From positions 992,001 through 1,056,000 of the forward strand of contig CAVSBQ010000002.1 of assembly GCA_963726265.1 (NCBI GenBank): a stretch of 64,000 nt of DNA, written 5' to 3'. Position numbers and translations under genes: made by a program. This DNA comes from Candidatus Aenigmatarchaeota archaeon. GTDB lineage: Archaea; Aenigmatarchaeota; Aenigmatarchaeia; QMZP01; QMZT01. Within the stretch, counting starts at the first letter, position 1. Each line of letters opens with the position of its first letter. Shown here piece after piece: positions 10,802 to 20,018 of this stretch. The notes below the pieces were generated by a model. It worked only from the letters and a program-made list of their open reading frames with translations. It was not told where the DNA came from and ran no database searches.

Positions 10802-11112
10802 ATGGTTTGTTATCTGGTTCCGTTAACAGTGGGCATCGTCACTGCGCTGAGAAGGAAAGCCATGCACAGGAAGGACAAGGAGGGCTTCTGGCTCAGCCTG
10901 ATGTTCGGCGGAGCCTCGATATTCGGCGTGGTCGACCACCTGTGGAACGGCGAGCTTTTCCTGATACGGCCCGAACATAGCTTCCGACCTCGCCCTCGGC
11001 GGCGGTAATAACCGCCGGCGTGTTCGCGGGCTGGGGGATTATAGTCAGCAAGGACAAAATAACGCAGAGACTCGGCTTCCTCAGCAGGAAGACGGGCATA
11101 TACCAGCAGTGA
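10802..11112 (+). pseudogene. Small membrane protein interrupted by two apparent +1 frameshifts
   Basis: Removing one base near 10967 and one near 11001 gives ...VDHLWNGELFLIGPNIASDLALGAVITAGVFAGWGIIV...YQQ*. Confidence 0.6.
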
Positions 11113-11132
11113 TTCTCGGGAGGAAGTATGGC

Positions 11133-12152
11133 ATGAAAGTCGCGATGTATTACAACAACAGTGACATACGCCTTGAGGAGATGCCGATTCCCGAAATCAA
11201 GAGCGGCGAGATTCTTCTCAAAGTCATGGCATCGGGCATCTGCGGCTCGGACATCATGGAGTGGTACCGCATAAAGAAGGCGCCGCTGGTTCTCGGGCAT
11301 GAAGTCGCAGGCGTAATCGAAAAGACGGGCAAAAGGGTCAAAAGCTTCAAAAAAGGCGAACGCGTTTTCGTGACGCACCACGTTCCCTGCGACACGTGCG
11401 CTTACTGCAGGGACGGCAATGAAACCTCCTGCCACACGCTCAAGAACACGAATTTCCATCCAGGCGGCTTCTCCCAGTTCATCCGCGTGCCTGAAATCAA
11501 CGTCAAAAAAGGCACGCTCCGACTACCGAAAGGAATGAGCTACGAGGAGGCGACTTTCATCGAGCCGCTCGGATGCGTGGTGCGCGGACAGCGGCTGAAC
11601 GACATACGCAAGGGCCATCTGGTACTGGTCCTCGGTTCAGGCATGACCGGCCTGCTCCACATCCAGCTCGCGAAGGCGAAAGGCGCGAAGGTCGTCGCGA
11701 CCGACGTCAGCGATTTCCGGCTCGCCATGGCGAACAAGCTAGGCGCGGACTACGTCATGAACGCGAAGGACAACGTCCCGGAAAGGCTCAAGGCCATCGC
11801 GGGAAAGCTGGCCGACCGCGTCATAGTCTCGACGGGCGCAGTCGCCGCGATAAGACAGGCATTCTCCTGCGTCGATTCGGGCGGCAGAATCCTGTTCTTC
11901 GCCCCGACCGACCCCAACACCGAAATCCCTATACCATTCAACGACTTCTGGTTCAAGGGCGCGTCGATAACGACGACGTATGCCGCCGCCAGAAAGGACC
12001 TTGAAGAGGCCATAAAGCTAATCAGAACAAAGAAAGTCAAGGTCAGGCCCATGATCACACACCGCCTCCCCCTAAACCAGACCCAGAAGGGCTTCGGGCT
12101 GGTCCTCAGCGGAAAAGATTCGCTGAAGGTCATCATCGAGCCACACAAGTGA
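11133..12152 (+). CDS. Zn-dependent alcohol/polyol dehydrogenase (MDR family)
   Basis: GICGSD, LGHE, CDTCAYC-x7-C and GSGMTG motifs. Confidence 0.92.
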   Translation: MKVAMYYNNSDIRLEEMPIPEIKSGEILLKVMASGICGSDIMEWYRIKKAPLVLGHEVAGVIEKTGKRVKSFKKGERVFVTHHVPCDTCAYCRDGNETSCHTLKNTNFHPGGFSQFIRVPEINVKKGTLRLPKGMSYEEATFIEPLGCVVRGQRLNDIRKGHLVLVLGSGMTGLLHIQLAKAKGAKVVATDVSDFRLAMANKLGADYVMNAKDNVPERLKAIAGKLADRVIVSTGAVAAIRQAFSCVDSGGRILFFAPTDPNTEIPIPFNDFWFKGASITTTYAAARKDLEEAIKLIRTKKVKVRPMITHRLPLNQTQKGFGLVLSGKDSLKVIIEPHK

Positions 12153-12191
12153 CCGTAACAAATAGCCGACATATAGCGATTTGTTGCAAAG

Positions 12192-12203
12192 ATGTTTAAA
12201 CAT
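12192..12203. promoter_or_regulatory. ATGTTTAAACAT palindrome, copy 1
   Basis: Perfect 12-bp palindrome, 4 nt before TTTTAAG and 33 nt before ATG 12237. Confidence 0.8.
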
Positions 12204-12236
12204 AGGCTTTTAAGGCCTCTCGTTTAAACTAATTTT

Positions 12237-12383
12237 ATGGACGACTTCAGAATAGGCGGCAAAGTAAAGGAGATGCGCCTTAACAACCACATTGTCAAGG
12301 TAATAACCCCGAAGGAAAACATCTCTTACGAAGAATTTGTGAAAAGGGTAGACAAAATTCTCTCCAAAGCCAGGAAAAAATAG
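12237..12383 (+). CDS. 48-aa hypothetical protein (not in ORF track)
   Basis: MDDFRIGGKVKEMRLNNHIVKVITPKENISYEEFVKRVDKILSKARKK*, with palindrome and TATA at promoter distance. Confidence 0.6.
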   Translation: MDDFRIGGKVKEMRLNNHIVKVITPKENISYEEFVKRVDKILSKARKK

Positions 12384-12389
12384 CCGCAC

Positions 12390-12881
12390 TTATTCGTATT
12401 GTTTCATAAGTTTGTCGTCAGTCATTATTTTTTCATGAAATTCCTTCATCACGCCCAGTTCCCTTTCATGTGTTATGAAAAACAAATCATGCGATTTTGC
12501 CAAATCAATATGCATGCAATCAATTATGTGGTGATGTTTGTCCACAAAATTAACGATATTTTTAGAAATTATGACGCCTTCTATGTTAACTCCGTTTATT
12601 TTTTCCTCTGAAATTATCTTCAAATCCAACGCATTCTGAAGTTCTGCCAACAGGTCACGTATATAATTCAGTTTCAGCCCGAAGCCCTGAAAGTCATTTC
12701 CGTATCTAAGCGTATGCACAAGTTCCGCGACGGATATCAGCGAGATGAATTTTTCTATCTCTTTGTGGTCTATCAGAAATTTTATCACCTGAGGCTCGCT
12801 TTTGAATTTTCTTTTGTGCAGCTTATGAAGAAACCATCTTATGAGAAGGTTGTTGTCTATGTAAATTTTACAGGGTCTCAT
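12390..12881 (-). CDS. PIN-domain (VapC-like) ribonuclease
   Basis: KIYIDNN, ISLISVAEL, IDCMHIDLA and FITHE motifs; start at ATG 12881. Confidence 0.8.
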   Translation of the reverse strand: MRPCKIYIDNNLLIRWFLHKLHKRKFKSEPQVIKFLIDHKEIEKFISLISVAELVHTLRYGNDFQGFGLKLNYIRDLLAELQNALDLKIISEEKINGVNIEGVIISKNIVNFVDKHHHIIDCMHIDLAKSHDLFFITHERELGVMKEFHEKIMTDDKLMKQYE

Positions 12882-12914
12882 TTTCAAGTCTTCTATTCGC
12901 CAGTTTATTAAATT

Positions 12915-12926
12915 ATGTTTAAACAT
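12915..12926. promoter_or_regulatory. ATGTTTAAACAT palindrome, copy 2 (centre of a divergent promoter)
   Basis: 33 nt from ATG 12881 (-) and 34 nt from ATG 12961 (+). Confidence 0.8.
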
Positions 12927-12960
12927 AGCAATATAACCGCGCCCCTATCAAATTGTAAAT

Positions 12961-13239
12961 ATGGCCGAAGAAAAGGAGAAAAATTCTCAAGAGAAGCAGT
13001 CTAATTCTAAATCGTCGCTTGACAAGGTCGGCGACCTGCTCGAGAACGCGGCCAAGGTCGTGAAGGGGCGGAAGACCACGGCGGGCGCATTAATGGCCGC
13101 AGTCCTGGGCGGCATGATAAAGCTGACCGTTCTCACAGAAACGTTTCCCCAGCCCTTCGACGTCGTCGGGAACGTCATCATCTTCGCCGCAATCCTCATG
13201 GTCGTAATTGACCTCTGCCGCGGCGGGCTTGAAGACTAA
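12961..13239 (+). CDS. Small two-TM membrane protein
   Basis: Charged N-terminus and two hydrophobic helices. Confidence 0.65.
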   Translation: MAEEKEKNSQEKQSNSKSSLDKVGDLLENAAKVVKGRKTTAGALMAAVLGGMIKLTVLTETFPQPFDVVGNVIIFAAILMVVIDLCRGGLED

Positions 13240-13333
13240 TTAAATCTTATGAAAACGGGAGATAAGAAAACTAAAGTTTATATATCCCTATATGCATATA
13301 AACTTATATGTAATATCTTAGGGATGATACCAG

Positions 13334-13663
13334 ATGCAGCAAACGAAAACGATTGCCCATGGGGAGAACCATGCGAGCAGGAGCATACATATAAATGTGT
13401 CGAAAGTGGTTTACCACTGGCCGACGCTGAAGACAGTACTCATGGTGGAGAAAGCGGTACACGATGCCGGAATGCCTTTGTCAGTCGAGGCCCTCAAAAG
13501 GGCGCTTCCGGTCAAAATAATGGACCAGACGCTGAGGCTCATACTGGCCTACCTTGAAGACAGGGGCTCCATAATGATAGGCAAAAAAGGCATAGTGTGG
13601 CTTGAGAACAGGGATCCGAAATTCCTGAAGCTTATCAGCAAAGGCAAGAGAATCGAGCTATGA
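13334..13663 (+). CDS. Probable winged-helix DNA-binding protein
   Basis: PTLKTVLMVE...LSVEALKRALP...TLRLILAYLEDRGSI...GIVW fits a wHTH pattern. Confidence 0.6.
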   Translation: MQQTKTIAHGENHASRSIHINVSKVVYHWPTLKTVLMVEKAVHDAGMPLSVEALKRALPVKIMDQTLRLILAYLEDRGSIMIGKKGIVWLENRDPKFLKLISKGKRIEL

Positions 13664-13770
13664 CAACGTTCTCGAAATCTGCGACCACAGCGCATGGGCG
13701 GGCTCGAGGACTAGCATTCTTTGCACAAGTCACATAAATCTTTATAAATACTAATTACGAAAACGTATAT

Positions 13771-14127
13771 ATGAATTCGGAATATATAGTCTCGAAGGAG
13801 CAGATAAAGCTGATAAACGAAAAGTATGGCGGAAGCCTGAGAAGCGACGCGGAGATAGAGACAGCCCTTGATCTTGGCAAAGGCAAGTGCGTGTTCCGCA
13901 AGATAGCTTACCTGTGGAGGGCGATACTCGTCGGCCACCCGTTCACGGACGGCAACAAGAGAACCGCCCTCATGGCCGCAATGACGATACTTGAGGCCTG
14001 CGGCATAAAGGCAGAAAGGGAGGCCAAGGAGAATCTGGTTTCGGAAATCAGAAAAGTCGCCAAAGAAAACATAACCGACGTAGGCAGGATAGAGAGGCTG
14101 GTAAGGTATGCAGTGGAAGGAAATTGA
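13771..14127 (+). CDS. Fic/Doc-family toxin
   Basis: HPFTDGNKRTA Fic motif. Confidence 0.9.
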   Translation: MNSEYIVSKEQIKLINEKYGGSLRSDAEIETALDLGKGKCVFRKIAYLWRAILVGHPFTDGNKRTALMAAMTILEACGIKAEREAKENLVSEIRKVAKENITDVGRIERLVRYAVEGN

Positions 14128-14323
14128 GAGGATAATGAAGGAGAACGAGCGTTACGCTCGTATGCTGGAAGAGTTCGACAGGACAGGCGTCCTTGCGATA
14201 GACAAGATCCGCCGCTCCTTCACCATACGGAATTCGACGTTCGCAGCCCTCAAAAGCCATTCGAAATCGACGGGAAGGCCAATGAGCAGCCTCATCGACG
14301 ACATCGTGGAGAAGTGCCTGTAG
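14108..14323 (+). CDS. Ribbon-helix-helix protein, probable antitoxin
   Basis: Overlaps the Doc gene; IRRSFTI...ALK...TGRPMSSLIDDIV fits an RHH pattern. Confidence 0.7.
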   Translation: MQWKEIERIMKENERYARMLEEFDRTGVLAIDKIRRSFTIRNSTFAALKSHSKSTGRPMSSLIDDIVEKCL

Positions 14324-14469
14324 CCATCCTAGTTCCGCAGCGGTTCTGCTGCCTGGAAAACAAAAAAAAAGAAAAATAGAAAGGCAGTGCTGACGCTAAC
14401 CAAATCAAAATAAAGAACAAAAAATCTGAATCAATTTTTTATTCGCTTTATTCGATTTATCCGGTTAAA

Positions 14470-14634
14470 TTAAAAGCGTCTCGGTGGTCTGCGCTTCTGG
14501 AAACAATCCCTGCAGTATACAGGTCTGTCTCCGGAAGGCTTGAACGGGACCTCACAGTCCTTTCCGCACTCGGAACATTTTACCTTGTGCATCTCTCTTC
14601 CGAATTTGTCGTTACTATCTCTTCTTTCTTCCAT
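14470..14634 (-). CDS. CxxC-x17-CxxC zinc-ribbon protein (not in ORF track)
   Basis: Manual translation: MEERRDSNDKFGREMHKVKCSECGKDCEVPFKPSGDRPVYCRDCFQKRRPPRRF*. Confidence 0.9.
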   Translation of the reverse strand: MEERRDSNDKFGREMHKVKCSECGKDCEVPFKPSGDRPVYCRDCFQKRRPPRRF

Positions 14635-14855
14635 ATTACTCACTCACTTACTTTTTTATTCAATCGCGCGATGGGGTCACCAAAACAAGTGTTTGCAACG
14701 CCATTGTTAAGCCTATATATGTATTTCCTATTTATAAAGGCGATAGCAGGCGAAGCAGGCGGTTCAAAGCTCAAAGCCGGCAGCAGGCGGTCAAGGCAGT
14801 AAATGAGGTCAAGGCCGCCAAAGCAGTCCAAAGGCGGTCTCCGCCTTCGTGGCCG

Positions 14856-15320
14856 TCATCGGCGTCTGCTGCGGCGGACTGCTGCTTGAAGACTTTCAAT
14901 ATCGCTTCTGTAATCCGGCAGCTCTTTCATAAGCCGCAGTTCAAATTCCCCTATCTCCAGCAGCTCTGCCTTAAAATTTTCGATTAGCGGAATCTTGTCC
15001 CAGCTTAAAACGTAAGGCTTGGCTTCCTTCAGCAGAGATGTGGCCAAGGTAGTGCGGCCACCATCGTTCAATTCGTGCACTAAATTCCCCTTAGCAATGA
15101 TCATGCCCGGAGCCGTTGTTCTGCCGTCGGGAGCCCTGGGGTACACACAGTCAAAATCATCATAAAGGCCGACGCATCTTATCAGCGAACCTCCATTTTC
15201 CGGCCCCTCTATGACAGGCCGTACGTGGTATCGAACTTCCCTTGCGTAGCTGAATTTGCCTGTGGCGGATATGTATTTCCCGCCTTCTCCAGCCGTGCTT
15301 CCTCCTGCCTTGCCAGCCAT
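14856..15320 (-). CDS. Hypothetical protein
   Basis: 154-aa ORF with an upstream TTTAAA box; no recognisable motif. Confidence 0.6.
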   Translation of the reverse strand: MAGKAGGSTAGEGGKYISATGKFSYAREVRYHVRPVIEGPENGGSLIRCVGLYDDFDCVYPRAPDGRTTAPGMIIAKGNLVHELNDGGRTTLATSLLKEAKPYVLSWDKIPLIENFKAELLEIGEFELRLMKELPDYRSDIESLQAAVRRSRRR

Positions 15321-15440
15321 GATTACCTGAAGGAAAGTTAGTTTTAAAAAATCGCCGTGTTCTTCGAGCGGGCTTGGAGGACTAGTTAAAAAACACGTGA
15401 CTGCACACTAATAAAACGACGCCTGGTTTTGAACCTTTCA

Positions 15441-15839
15441 CTATGTAATTTCTTCGGCATCTTTCACTGAATCCCTAATTATGCATTTCAGAACGATTTC
15501 GTCGGAATTTTCCCTCAGATACCTCTCCGACTCCTCCGAAGGCATCCCTCGCAACTCAGTGTCTATCCCTTCCCATCTTTTCATCATTTTTGACCACTTT
15601 TCCTTGCTTATACTGCAAATCCCGGGTCCGTTATCGCATCCCTTGCAAATTGAAACAAGAGCTTTGATTATATCCTGATTCATGCTGCTTACTTCCTCTG
15701 TCACGTTCCCAATTCCTATTCCCATGCCCTGCCAGCAGTTGTAATCGCCAGTTGTCAGATCTTTAATGTAAGCCCCGAACAGACGCGTGTATTCTTTGCA
15801 GGAACGGCATGGGTTCGCTATCTTTCCGTCCTCGCTCAT
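15441..15839 (-). CDS. Hypothetical Cys-rich protein
   Basis: Two CxxC pairs (CRSC, CKGC); divergent TATA region at about 15860. Confidence 0.6.
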   Translation of the reverse strand: MSEDGKIANPCRSCKEYTRLFGAYIKDLTTGDYNCWQGMGIGIGNVTEEVSSMNQDIIKALVSICKGCDNGPGICSISKEKWSKMMKRWEGIDTELRGMPSEESERYLRENSDEIVLKCIIRDSVKDAEEIT

Positions 15840-15893
15840 TCACCATTATTAGATAACAATATTTATAAATATTAACTCCACAGTAATAACGAG

Positions 15894-16661
15894 ATGAATA
15901 ACATGAAAAGAATACTTATCATAGAAGATAACCCAGGATACAGGGAAGGCGCTGATAAATACTTTGGCAATCAGGGAGGAATTGACATAGCCTACGCTAT
16001 TGATTATGACCAAGCCATGCCTTTATTGGCTGGTGAACCGAGGCAGGACGGAGCAATCTCGGATGTTTTCTTTCCCAAGAAAACGGGTAGCGGTGACATA
16101 AGTTTGGGAAAACTAGCAATAGAAAAGATGAGAGACTCAGATCCTATAGAAAGTGCGAGAAAGGCAGTTCTGGAAAAAGTTGGCCAATATGCCAAAATAG
16201 ACGACGAATTAAAGGAGTATCTTATAAATTTTGCTGATGGTTACCCTGAAAAAGGAAAAGTTATACATAATCCTACTATTTGGGCTATTGAAAGAGCCGG
16301 TAAAGTATTAGCTCCGGAAGCTGTAGCACTAATCGTTAAAAATACGTTAAAGGTTTATATGACTTCAGCCATGCAAGCAAGAAGGGATTACTACGGTGCA
16401 TTGGAAAAGGCTATTCAAGAATCAGAGGCGAACCAGCCTCTTGGAATTCTGATAGGCGAAAGAGCAGAAGAGCTTGGTATACCATTTGTTTTAGCGACAT
16501 CAACATACCACCATGACATGCTCACCCAGCCTGTCCAGTATTATGCCTTCAAAAAAAGATGGCCACTTATTGACTGTGATCCTGCAATGGGAGATGATAA
16601 AGCAAAACCTGAATTCTGGAAGATGGCCTTCAATGTGCTGCTGGGAAAGAGTATTAAATAG
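15894..16661 (+). CDS. Receiver-domain-like protein with a large insertion
   Basis: RILIIEDN, DGAISDVFFP (phosphoacceptor-like Asp), then later GIPFVLATS. Confidence 0.7.
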   Translation: MNNMKRILIIEDNPGYREGADKYFGNQGGIDIAYAIDYDQAMPLLAGEPRQDGAISDVFFPKKTGSGDISLGKLAIEKMRDSDPIESARKAVLEKVGQYAKIDDELKEYLINFADGYPEKGKVIHNPTIWAIERAGKVLAPEAVALIVKNTLKVYMTSAMQARRDYYGALEKAIQESEANQPLGILIGERAEELGIPFVLATSTYHHDMLTQPVQYYAFKKRWPLIDCDPAMGDDKAKPEFWKMAFNVLLGKSIK

Positions 16662-16678
16662 GCTGAGAATTTTTAATT

Positions 16679-16873
16679 CTATTCCTCGAACACGAACAGC
16701 TCATCCACCGTCGTCTTAAGCGCCTTCGCCACGTCATGCGCCAGGCGAAGGGAAGGGTTATACTTCCCCTTCTCCAGGAACAGAATCGTCTCGCGGCGGA
16801 CACCGACTTTCCGCGCCAGCTCTTCCTGCGTTATGTCATAGCGCGCGCGCAGTTCTTTTATGCGGTTTTTCAT
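16679..16873 (-). CDS. XRE-family HTH regulator
   Basis: MKNRIKELR...[26 protein letters not shown]. Confidence 0.93.
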   Translation of the reverse strand: MKNRIKELRARYDITQEELARKVGVRRETILFLEKGKYNPSLRLAHDVAKALKTTVDELFVFEE

Positions 16874-16898
16874 GCTACACCTGCCTGTCTCGTCAGGC

Positions 16899-17381
16899 TC
16901 ATGCGTCCCCCTTCCTCCCGAAGTAGAGCTTGAAGCCCGCAAAAAGACCCAGAATCACGAAGAACACGAGCCAGATGAAATACCTGACCGGTATGTCCGG
17001 CAGCCCCAGCTCCTCCATGAACATCTGGTAGAATGCCGCCGCGAGCAGGAACCACACGGTCCCGATCATCGCGTACCTGCCTGCCCTGTTTTCGATCTTT
17101 TCGGACCTCTCGTCACGAAGAGGAATGCCAGCTTTCACGGCCCTGTCCCGCCTCCTCACGAGGAGCACGAGCAGGGCAAGAATGGGTATAAGAGGTATGA
17201 GTGTGACAAAGAACATTGGGTTGATCCCGCCGGACCCCTCGGAGCCCGCATAACCCATCTCAACATACAATATGAGCAGCCAGAACGCCACCACAAGGGC
17301 TCCGAAGATCCCCGCTGAAATCTTCATTACAGTCATCTTCTTTCGCTCTTTCTTCCTTTTACCTTCTCCTGCATCTTTCAT
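16899..17381 (-). CDS. Membrane protein, DUF2178-like
   Basis: Four TM segments with a DER motif, directly upstream of the XRE gene, which is the usual pairing. Confidence 0.75.
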   Translation of the reverse strand: MKDAGEGKRKKERKKMTVMKISAGIFGALVVAFWLLILYVEMGYAGSEGSGGINPMFFVTLIPLIPILALLVLLVRRRDRAVKAGIPLRDERSEKIENRAGRYAMIGTVWFLLAAAFYQMFMEELGLPDIPVRYFIWLVFFVILGLFAGFKLYFGRKGDA

Positions 17382-17390
17382 ATCATCACC

Positions 17391-17431
17391 ATGTTATATA
17401 ATTATAACATTATGTTATATATTTATAACAT
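17391..17431. promoter_or_regulatory. Tandem palindromic operators ATGTTATA-N4-TATAACAT (two copies)
   Basis: Exact copies at 17391-17410 and 17412-17431, between the TATA box and the start of the membrane protein-XRE operon. Confidence 0.8.
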
Positions 17432-17548
17432 AGTATATTTAAAGGTTTTTTGGAGGTCGAAGGTCAATGCTAGAGATAACAGAGAAGGTTGGAGATTAAA
17501 AGTTGAGTAAAAATGATTTTAAAGCATCTTTGATAAACATCAAGTATT

Positions 17549-18850
17549 ATGACTACAAAAGAAATTCTCGACCCATTTAAACCGAGAAATTTTGTTATAA
17601 AATCATTAAATAAATTTAAATTTGAATATAGTGAGGAATATCAAAGATCAGAAGTATGGACTCCGGCACAAAAACAAAAATTAATCGACTCTATATTACG
17701 TTCTTATCCTATAGGTATCTTTGTTTTTATTAAAAAAGGTAAAAATAAATTTGAGGTTATAGATGGTCAACAAAGACTTAAAACTATTCAGGAATTTAAA
17801 AAAAATAAATGGAAAACTTCTAAAGAGAATGCTCTAGCTGAAAATAAATATTATAAAGATATTGAAAAAGTTGATAGTTTAAAAACCGCATTAGATGGTT
17901 TTAAGATATGGTACATACCGATAAGTAATGCAGAAGATGAACAAGTATGTGATATTTTTATAAGATTACAAGAAGGTACTCCCACTAACACACCGGAAAA
18001 GTTAAATGCGATGAAGGGTGAAATAAGAAATCTTATTTATAGATTAAGTAAAGATTTAAAATTCATTAAAAAAACATCAATTACTACTCACAGATTTAAA
18101 CACAGAGAAATTTTGGCACAAATTTCTTTGTTGGAAATCGAATTTTTATCTAAAGCTATTTTTCCAGAATTTCCAAATTTGAGATTTAAGCCCCTAAAAG
18201 AAATGTATTTATCTCATAAAGATGACATACCGCCACATCTAAAAAATGATATTATAAAAACTTTTAATTTTCTCGATCATTGTTTCAAAAAATCAGCGAA
18301 ATTCATAACAAATAATGGAGATTTGATGCAAGTATATTTAGTCGCTTCAATACTATCAAAAAAATACTCATTAAATGAAAAATCAAAAAAGATTTTCGCT
18401 AAATCAGTAGAAAATTTTTTAATTAATACTGCAAGCGCAACAAAAGCTATTGAAGAACTAAGTAAAGAAGATATAGAAAAGGATCCTATAACACATTATT
18501 CATCTCTCCGAAGCAAAGGACAAACTAAAGAAAATATTAAAACAAAATTTTTAATTATTTCAAATTATATTTTTGAAAAACTTAAAGAAGCTGAGCCAAT
18601 ATTCAAAAAGGACGAGAAAAGATACTTTGATCTTTGTCAGAAAATTTATGTATATTATAAAAAAGATAAAGGCAAATGCCAAAAATCTGATTGTCAAAAA
18701 GATGTAAATTGGGAAGATGCAAGTTTTCATCATAAAGATTTTCATTCAAACAGTGGTAAAACGATAATTAAAAATTGCCAACTCATGCATAAAAAATGTC
18801 ATGTGGATTTTCATTCTATAAAAAAAGATTCTGATGAATTTATAAGTTAA
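17549..18850 (+). CDS. DUF262 (GmrS/ParB-like) plus C-terminal HNH nuclease
   Basis: YQR..VW, IDSIL, IDGQQR and IFIRLQ motifs; C-terminal CQ..DC...HH...G...N...H..CH. Confidence 0.88.
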   Translation: MTTKEILDPFKPRNFVIKSLNKFKFEYSEEYQRSEVWTPAQKQKLIDSILRSYPIGIFVFIKKGKNKFEVIDGQQRLKTIQEFKKNKWKTSKENALAENKYYKDIEKVDSLKTALDGFKIWYIPISNAEDEQVCDIFIRLQEGTPTNTPEKLNAMKGEIRNLIYRLSKDLKFIKKTSITTHRFKHREILAQISLLEIEFLSKAIFPEFPNLRFKPLKEMYLSHKDDIPPHLKNDIIKTFNFLDHCFKKSAKFITNNGDLMQVYLVASILSKKYSLNEKSKKIFAKSVENFLINTASATKAIEELSKEDIEKDPITHYSSLRSKGQTKENIKTKFLIISNYIFEKLKEAEPIFKKDEKRYFDLCQKIYVYYKKDKGKCQKSDCQKDVNWEDASFHHKDFHSNSGKTIIKNCQLMHKKCHVDFHSIKKDSDEFIS

Positions 18851-18869
18851 TTATCAATAATTTTTCTAT

Positions 18870-19442
18870 ATGGAACATGAAATTCATGAAGCAGTTCTTA
18901 AAAGACAAAGAGATGCTCAAAAAAGTGGAGACCGGTTTGAAATATTTGTAAAGAATTTTCTTAACAAAAAACTAAAACATAGAGATATTGCAATTTTAAG
19001 AGGAAAAGAAATTAAATGTGATTCTCCACTTTGGGAAAAATTAGCTATACCTGTTGAGAAACTAGGTTCGAAGCAAAAAATATGGGGTGATGTAGATCTA
19101 GTTGCAATTAGAGGAAAATTTCCAAACATAAAAATTATAGCTATTATAAGCTGTAAAGTGAGTTTACATGGTCGTTTTTCTGAAACACTTTTTTATGCTT
19201 TGATATGGAAAAAAAAATTACATCATGTTAAGGTAATTTTTGTAACACCAGATAAAGGTAGACAACAAAAAGGACCTTGGAAATCTGAGTGGGGTAGTGA
19301 AGAAAAACCAACAAAGGACAGGTTACTAGGTAGTCATTTTTTAGATGGCATATACGTTTATAATAAGAGAACTAAACTTGGTGGTATGATAAAACCATTA
19401 GAAGATTCGCCAAAAGATTTAATAAAATGGTGCATAAGTTGA
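18870..19442 (+). CDS. Putative type II restriction endonuclease (PD-(D/E)xK, BsaWI/Ecl18kI-like architecture)
   Basis: SGDRFE, GDVDLVAI and IISCKVSLHGR motifs; lies next to a methyltransferase. Confidence 0.65.
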   Translation: MEHEIHEAVLKRQRDAQKSGDRFEIFVKNFLNKKLKHRDIAILRGKEIKCDSPLWEKLAIPVEKLGSKQKIWGDVDLVAIRGKFPNIKIIAIISCKVSLHGRFSETLFYALIWKKKLHHVKVIFVTPDKGRQQKGPWKSEWGSEEKPTKDRLLGSHFLDGIYVYNKRTKLGGMIKPLEDSPKDLIKWCIS

Positions 19443-19493
19443 TTCTTAAATAAACATCTTCAATGTTTTAAAACTTTCTTATAAAACTTTATC

Positions 19494-20017
19494 ATGGAAA
19501 TGGAAAGAAACAAGTATGACAAAAAAAATTGTTTAGAAAAGGGTATAAATGCTGAGGAACAGTTTCATAAAATTGCTGAAAATAGAAATTGGAAAGTTAC
19601 TCATTCTACATCAGAACAGGATATCAATGAACATTGGGACAGGTTGATTGAAAAAAATGGCAAATCATATAAAGTCGATGTTAAGGCGATGAAAAGAATG
19701 AGAAGACAAGATAATAATGCACAGGATACATGGGTTTGGATCGACTTTATGGTGTAAGACCATATGACGAGGGATGGATATATGGCGCTAAATCAGATCT
19801 TATAGCCTTTGAAAAAATGAATTCATTTATCATAGTTAAACGTTCTGACCTGATAAATCTGATTCCTAGAATTATAGATATGAATTCTTTAGTAAGAAAA
19901 GTTGAGGATGCAAAATATAAGATTTATCAGAGAGAAAGCAGACCTGATAAAATTTCATTAATTGAAATTGAAAAATTAAATGATATTAAATGGGACGAAT
20001 GGGAGAAAATTTTATAG
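19494..20017 (+). pseudogene. PD-(D/E)xK nuclease split by an apparent 1-nt deletion near 19745
   Basis: GINAEEQF, HWD and VDVKA in ORF 19494-19757 continue as LYGVRPYDEGWIYG..DLIAFE in ORF 19730-20017. Confidence 0.7.
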
Positions 20018-20018
20018 A

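Noticed and set aside
12905..12930. Resemblance of TTATGTTTAAA to a Xer/dif arm
   Set aside because: There is no 11-6-11 two-arm structure at any of the four copies. The fixed distance to start codons fits a promoter element better.
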